Shown one piece after another: positions 59,232 through 64,000 of a stretch of DNA of 64,000 bases (the stretch's first letter is position 1; the number at the start of each line of letters is the position of its first letter). Below the pieces are notes generated by a model, which had not been told where the DNA came from, did not search any database, and was given only the letters and a program-made list of their open reading frames with translations. A program made the position numbers and the translations under genes. The DNA is from an uncultured Gemmatimonadales bacterium (GTDB lineage: Bacteria; Gemmatimonadota; Gemmatimonadetes; Gemmatimonadales; Gemmatimonadaceae): positions 160,001 to 224,000 of the forward strand of contig CAWKMU010000004.1 of assembly GCA_963850905.1 (NCBI GenBank), written 5' to 3'.

Positions 59232-60992
59232 ATGGCCCAGCCGATCATTCCCGTCCGTGCGCCCGATGGCCACGTGGTGCCGCCACCGCCGCGAACCGTG
59301 TCACGCTGGTTCGACGTGGCGCTCTTTGGCGTGGTCGGCGCGGTCGCGTATGGACTCCTGCAGGCTGCCGCGCGGTTGTCGACACCCCTCAGCGCCGGCG
59401 CTCGAGTCGATCTGAACCCGATCCACTTACCGCTGTACGCAGCCTATTCCACGCTGCGGATGACGATCGCCTACGGCATCTCGCTCGCCTTCAGTCTTGC
59501 GTATGCCAAGATCGCCGCCGGGAGCCGCCGGGCGGAGCGGCTGATGATGCCCGTGCTCGATATTCTCCAGAGCATCCCGATCCTGTCGTTCATGCCGGGG
59601 GTCGTGCTCGGGTTGGCCGCGTTGATTCCGGGACGGACCGTCGGACTCGAGCTGGCGGCCGTTGTGCTCATCTTCACCAGCCAGGCATGGAATCTCGCCT
59701 TCAGCTTTCATCAATCGCTGATCACCATCCCCAGCGAGTTGAGCGAGGCCTCCTCCGTCTACCGCCTGGGGCCTTGGCGGCGCTTCACGCGCCTCGAGCT
59801 GCCCTTCGGAGCGATCTCGTTGATCGCCAACAGCATGATGAGCTGGGCCGCTGCGTGGTTCGTGCTGACGGCGTCAGAACAGTTTCAGATTGGGAGCAAG
59901 GACTTTCGTCTTCCCGGGCTCGGGTCGTACTTGCAAGTCGCGGCCAACGCCGGCGACATGCGTGCGACGCTCCTGGGCCTGGGCGTTCTGATCACGGTCA
60001 TCGTGTTGCTGGACCAGCTGTTTTGGCGCCCGCTGGTGGCCTGGTCCGATCGATTCAAGTTCGAGCAGTCCGGCGGAGCCGAGACGCCGACATCGCCGAT
60101 CACCGAGCTCCTGGCCGGCTCCGCCATAGTGGAGTGGACCCGTGCACGCGTCTGGCTCCCTGCCTGGCGGAAGCTGGACCGCGCCCTCGGTGGGCAAGGC
60201 GACCGGGCCGCGCGATTGCCGGTCCCCGCGACATATCGACGTGGGGGTCGTCGCCTGGCAATCGTCGCCGTCGTCGTGGCGCTGCTCGCGATCATGATGT
60301 GGGGAACCGCGGCAGCGATTCACGAGCTCGCCGGCCTTCCGGCCGACCAGTGGAAGCACGTGTGGGTGAGTGCCGCCGCGACGTTCACCCGGACACTCGT
60401 CGCGCTGGCCATCGCCGCCGCGTGGACGATTCCTGCGGGAGTGGCAATCGGCTTCAACCCGCGATGGTCGGCCCGCGCGCAACCGTTGGTGCAGATCGCG
60501 GCCTCCATCCCGCCCAACACGGTCTTTCCGATCCTGGTGCTCGTGCTCCTCGCTGTCCCGGGCGGCCTCAGCATCGCGTCCGTCTTGCTCATGCTCTTGG
60601 GCACGCAATGGTACGTGCTCTTCAACGTGATTGCCGGCGCGATGGCCATACCCTCCGATCTGCGTGAGGCGGCCGTTGTCTATCAGATCAGAGGGTGGCG
60701 ACGGTGGCGGACGCTGATTCTCCCCGCGATCTTCCCGTATCTCGTTACCGGCATGATCACCGCGACGGGCGGCGCGTGGAATGCGAGCGTCGTCTCGGAA
60801 TTCGTCACCTTTCGGGGTCACAACTTCATGACCGTCGGGCTTGGCGCGTTGATCGCTGACGCGTTGTTTCGGGGTGATTTTCGCCTGCTGCTCGCAGGGA
60901 CGCTCGTGATGGCCGCGATTGTCATCACGGGCAATCGTCTGGTCTGGCGACGACTGTACTCGCTCGCCGAAGCCCGCTACCGTCTCGACTGA
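59232..60992 (+). CDS. NitT/TauT-family ABC permease with duplicated membrane domain
   Basis: Two permease repeats: LDILQSIPILSF..SQAWN..LELPF and QIAASIP..GTQWYVLFNV..ILPAIFPY..GGAWNAS. Confidence 0.92.
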   Translation: MAQPIIPVRAPDGHVVPPPPRTVSRWFDVALFGVVGAVAYGLLQAAARLSTPLSAGARVDLNPIHLPLYAAYSTLRMTIAYGISLAFSLAYAKIAAGSRRAERLMMPVLDILQSIPILSFMPGVVLGLAALIPGRTVGLELAAVVLIFTSQAWNLAFSFHQSLITIPSELSEASSVYRLGPWRRFTRLELPFGAISLIANSMMSWAAAWFVLTASEQFQIGSKDFRLPGLGSYLQVAANAGDMRATLLGLGVLITVIVLLDQLFWRPLVAWSDRFKFEQSGGAETPTSPITELLAGSAIVEWTRARVWLPAWRKLDRALGGQGDRAARLPVPATYRRGGRRLAIVAVVVALLAIMMWGTAAAIHELAGLPADQWKHVWVSAAATFTRTLVALAIAAAWTIPAGVAIGFNPRWSARAQPLVQIAASIPPNTVFPILVLVLLAVPGGLSIASVLLMLLGTQWYVLFNVIAGAMAIPSDLREAAVVYQIRGWRRWRTLILPAIFPYLVTGMITATGGAWNASVVSEFVTFRGHNFMTVGLGALIADALFRGDFRLLLAGTLVMAAIVITGNRLVWRRLYSLAEARYRLD

Positions 60993-61035
60993 TGCGTACC
61001 GTGCGTGGTTGCACCTTGATCACCGAGCCGAGCCC

Positions 61036-62412
61036 ATGACGACGATCGCGGCACCGCCAATGGTCGCGCCGGCGGCGACTGCCGAGGTACTGCTCGCCGC
61101 CGACGACGTGAAGAAATACTATGGCGACGATCGGTCACCGGTGCTGGAGCATGTGAGCGTCGAGCTGCGCGACGGAGAATTCGTCGCGCTGCTCGGGCCA
61201 TCGGGATCCGGCAAATCCACGCTGCTCCGCATCCTCGCGGGGCTGATGCCGCCATCCGAGGGACGCGTCCTCGTGCGGGGTGCCCCGCTGCGCGGACCGA
61301 ATCCACAGGTCGCGATCGTCTTCCAGAGCTTCGCACTCTTTCCGTGGCTAACGGTGCTCGACAACGTCGAGTTGGGCCTGCTGGCGACACCATTGACTCC
61401 GGAGGAGCGACACACACGCGCGGAGCAGGCGATCGACCTCATCGGACTCGACGGATACGAGGAGGCCTTCCCGAAGGAGCTGTCGGGCGGCATGAAGCAG
61501 CGCGTCGGCTTCGCGCGCGCGCTGGTCGTGCACCCCGAGGTGCTGTTTCTGGATGAGCCCTTCTCGGCGCTCGACGTGCTGACGGCCGAGAATCTCCGGC
61601 AGGAGTTGCAGGAGCTCTGGGAGAAACGGTCGATCCCGACGCGAGCGGTTCTCATCGTCACGCACAATATCGAAGAGGCGGTCACGCTCGCGGATCGCAT
61701 TCTCGTGTTTGGCGCCAATCCTGGTCACATACGCGTCGAGCTACGCGGCTTGCCGGCAGCCGAACGACACGGTCGCAGCGTGGCGCGTACGAATCTGGTC
61801 GAGACGATTTATCAGATCATGACGAATCCCGACCAGGACGCCGCCACGCTGCTCGAGCAGCGAACGCTGGCCGCACAAGCGTCGCCTGCGCGCATCACCG
61901 GCGGCGTGCGCGCGCGTCGCTACCAGACGCTGCCCGACGTCAGTATCGACGACTTCACCGGGTTCGTGCAGTACCTCGCGACCGTTGGCGGCCGCGGCAG
62001 CATTCACGAGTTGGCGCGCGATCTTCAAATGCGCAACGACGATCTGCTGGCGTTGGTCGAGGCAACGGACCTGCTCGGACTCGCTGACCTGCAGAATCGG
62101 CACGTGATCTTGACGCCGGTGGGTCAGCGCTTCGCCGACGCGGATCTCGACCAGGAGAAAGCGCTGTTCCGTTCCCTCGCGCTGGAGCACATCTCGCTCC
62201 TGCGCTATGTCGTGCGCGAGCTCGAAACGAGTCCCACGCACACGCTGGAGAGCGATCGCGTGATCGACGACCTCGAGCATTCGTTCAGCAGCGAAGAGGC
62301 GCGACGTCAGTTCGAGACGGTCGTCGATTGGGGCCGCTATGCCGAGCTCTTCACGTATGACGATACATCCGGCGAACTGCGGCTCGACGAGGAGCACCGC
62401 GTCCAGGAGTAA
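61036..62412 (+). CDS. NitT/TauT-family ABC ATPase with C-terminal AAA-associated domain
   Basis: [42 protein letters not shown]-terminal DWGRYAELFTYD. Confidence 0.93.
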   Translation: MTTIAAPPMVAPAATAEVLLAADDVKKYYGDDRSPVLEHVSVELRDGEFVALLGPSGSGKSTLLRILAGLMPPSEGRVLVRGAPLRGPNPQVAIVFQSFALFPWLTVLDNVELGLLATPLTPEERHTRAEQAIDLIGLDGYEEAFPKELSGGMKQRVGFARALVVHPEVLFLDEPFSALDVLTAENLRQELQELWEKRSIPTRAVLIVTHNIEEAVTLADRILVFGANPGHIRVELRGLPAAERHGRSVARTNLVETIYQIMTNPDQDAATLLEQRTLAAQASPARITGGVRARRYQTLPDVSIDDFTGFVQYLATVGGRGSIHELARDLQMRNDDLLALVEATDLLGLADLQNRHVILTPVGQRFADADLDQEKALFRSLALEHISLLRYVVRELETSPTHTLESDRVIDDLEHSFSSEEARRQFETVVDWGRYAELFTYDDTSGELRLDEEHRVQE

Positions 62413-62452
62413 TTCCGCGACCGCATGATGAAACACGCGGTCACAACGATTT

Positions 62453-62468
62453 CGGTGCGCATGTTGCA
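62453..62468 (+). promoter_or_regulatory. Possible sigma-54 promoter of the methyltransferase gene
   Basis: CGGTGCG-CATG-TTGCA with correct spacing, intergenic. Confidence 0.35.
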
Positions 62469-62564
62469 TATGGCGGAGTCCGACCGCGTCAGTTCGGCGG
62501 GCATTCTCTTCGCAGTGCCCCTCGCAGCGTGTTGCTTCCTCGAGGTCGGCCGATACCTACCGCC

Positions 62565-63296
62565 ATGCAGCAGGACGAGAGCTACGGTCTTCGCTGGCTG
62601 TTGCGACAGCGCCTAAAATGGGCGTGTGATGCGTTGCCAGGCGATCGATTCGCAACGGTACTCGAAATTGGGTACGGTGACGGCGTGTTCATGCACGAGC
62701 TCGCCAAACATGCGTCGCAAGTGTACGGCAGCGACGTGCACGCCCGCGGTGCAGACGTTCGCCGTCGCCTCACGTGCGGAGGCGTTATCCCGCATCTGGT
62801 ACGGAATGCCAGCGACGCACTGCCCTTCTGCAACGGCGCCTTCGACGCCGTCGTGATCGTCAGCTCGCTCGAGCGCATGCGCAACCCGGCCGTGGCGCTT
62901 CGCGAGGCCGTGCGCGTGGTTCGGCCCGGTGGGGCTGTCGTGTGCGTCGCCTCGCGAAACTTGCCATGGGCGCGGCGCTTGGCAGCGCTCTTGGGGACGG
63001 TTCCGGACCGTGACGTGCGTGACGGCCGTGTGCGCGTACAAGATGCACTCGCCGATCGCGCCTTGCGCGCCGAGCGTTCCCCGCGCCCGCGCCTCGCACC
63101 CCGATTCCTGGCGCCGTACGAGGTGGTGGTCCTGCGCCGCCTACCGGTACACGCCGGGAGAACGGTCGACGCGAGCGTGCGGATCCCCGTGCACAACGGC
63201 AACGGCACGGATTCCCACTATCGAGAACCCGACTACAGAGCACGCCACGTCGCAGGCGCTCCAGTCGGCCAACGCGACGCCAAGCTGAGCTCCTGA
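62565..63296 (+). CDS. Class I SAM-dependent methyltransferase
   Basis: VLEIGYGDG motif I, LPF..GAFDAV, ALREAVRVVRPGG. Confidence 0.82.
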   Translation: MQQDESYGLRWLLRQRLKWACDALPGDRFATVLEIGYGDGVFMHELAKHASQVYGSDVHARGADVRRRLTCGGVIPHLVRNASDALPFCNGAFDAVVIVSSLERMRNPAVALREAVRVVRPGGAVVCVASRNLPWARRLAALLGTVPDRDVRDGRVRVQDALADRALRAERSPRPRLAPRFLAPYEVVVLRRLPVHAGRTVDASVRIPVHNGNGTDSHYREPDYRARHVAGAPVGQRDAKLSS

Positions 63297-63321
63297 CGGA
63301 CGATCCCCGAGCGCTGTCCCC

Positions 63322-64000
63322 TCAGCCCTCGCGCCCGGCCGGCACCCCCACGGCGTCGATGGCGGCGGCGAGCCGCGGCAAAACGTCCGCGATCTCTTCC
63401 AGCGATACGGCGCCCGCTGACAGGCGGAACCATCCCGTTTCGCCCTCGACTCCGAACGCCTGGAATGGCACGGCCGCGAACCCTGCCTCCTGCAGCAGAT
63501 ACTTCCGGATCGCCTCGTTGCCATGCAACGTGTCGCCATTCGGCGCGCGCGAGCCCGCGAGCCCGAAGCGAGCGCTCAGGTAGATCGCGCCCGCGGGTGG
63601 AACGGCGTCAACAGGCAGCCCGCGATCTCGCATCGCGATGATGCCGTGGTACAACGCATCGAGACGCGCTTGCAGGCCGTGGGTGATCGTGCGCTTGTAC
63701 TCCACGATGGCTGCCCGCGAGGTCAGCAACGTGGCAGTCGCCACTTGTTCAGGTCGCGGCGCCCACGCTCCGACGTGTCCGATGAAGTCGCTCATGCTGC
63801 GGATGACATCCGTCGGACCCAGTGCCCACCCCACGCGGAGCCCGGTAGCCGCAAACGCCTTGGAAATCGCATCGACGGAGATCGTGTACGGTAGCATCTC
63901 CGGCCGCAGAACGACCGGCGTGACGTGACGGATCCCGCCGAACGTCAGCATCCAGTACACCTGGTCGTACAACAGATACAGCGGGCGTTCGTGCGGACCA
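63322..64000 (-). CDS. PLP-dependent aminotransferase class I/II (partial, 5' end beyond window)
   Basis: LLYDQVYW, DAISKAFAATGLRVGW, PAGAIY, GWFRLS. Confidence 0.9.
   Translation of the reverse strand, partial: GPHERPLYLLYDQVYWMLTFGGIRHVTPVVLRPEMLPYTISVDAISKAFAATGLRVGWALGPTDVIRSMSDFIGHVGAWAPRPEQVATATLLTSRAAIVEYKRTITHGLQARLDALYHGIIAMRDRGLPVDAVPPAGAIYLSARFGLAGSRAPNGDTLHGNEAIRKYLLQEAGFAAVPFQAFGVEGETGWFRLSAGAVSLEEIADVLPRLAAAIDAVGVPAGREG

Overview
GC-rich bacterial chromosomal window, mostly core genome. Gene content and order (ffs-dnaX-ybaB-recR-orf-mglB-mglA, acidobacterial-type PadR with ADOP permeases, sigma-54 regulator, split KdpD) suggest a Gemmatimonadota-like organism; this is inference. 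It contains about 55 CDS (thrC, iscS-mnmA, grpE-dnaJ, pgsA-cinA, tal, pyk, class II aldolase, FHA/PP2C, uvrA, purEK, an uppS paralog, holB-moaC, two lytic transglycosylases, a KdpDE/antiporter/ABC cluster), an SRP RNA and tRNA-Asn. I found no transposase, integrase, prophage or CRISPR array. Five genes each carry one +1 frameshift in a short homopolymer, probably sequencing error. Most notable: (1) a KdpDE locus without the pump, in three sensor pieces including a His-less pseudokinase, wrapped around a CPA1 antiporter and facing an ABC system with no binding protein; (2) a phosphodiesterase/PAP2/GT4 trio with a Pho-box-like repeat that could be a PlcP-independent lipid-remodelling route; (3) a recurring intergenic element of period-7 repeat arms around a shared hairpin, sometimes with a GTAG-REP; (4) pervasive leaderless-type starts (TANNNT 6-7 nt before the start codon); (5) a DHp-like segment in frame with an NtrC-type regulator; (6) a sigma-54-type promoter on grpE-dnaJ, a probable CTG start codon and an SRP RNA without a GNRA loop.
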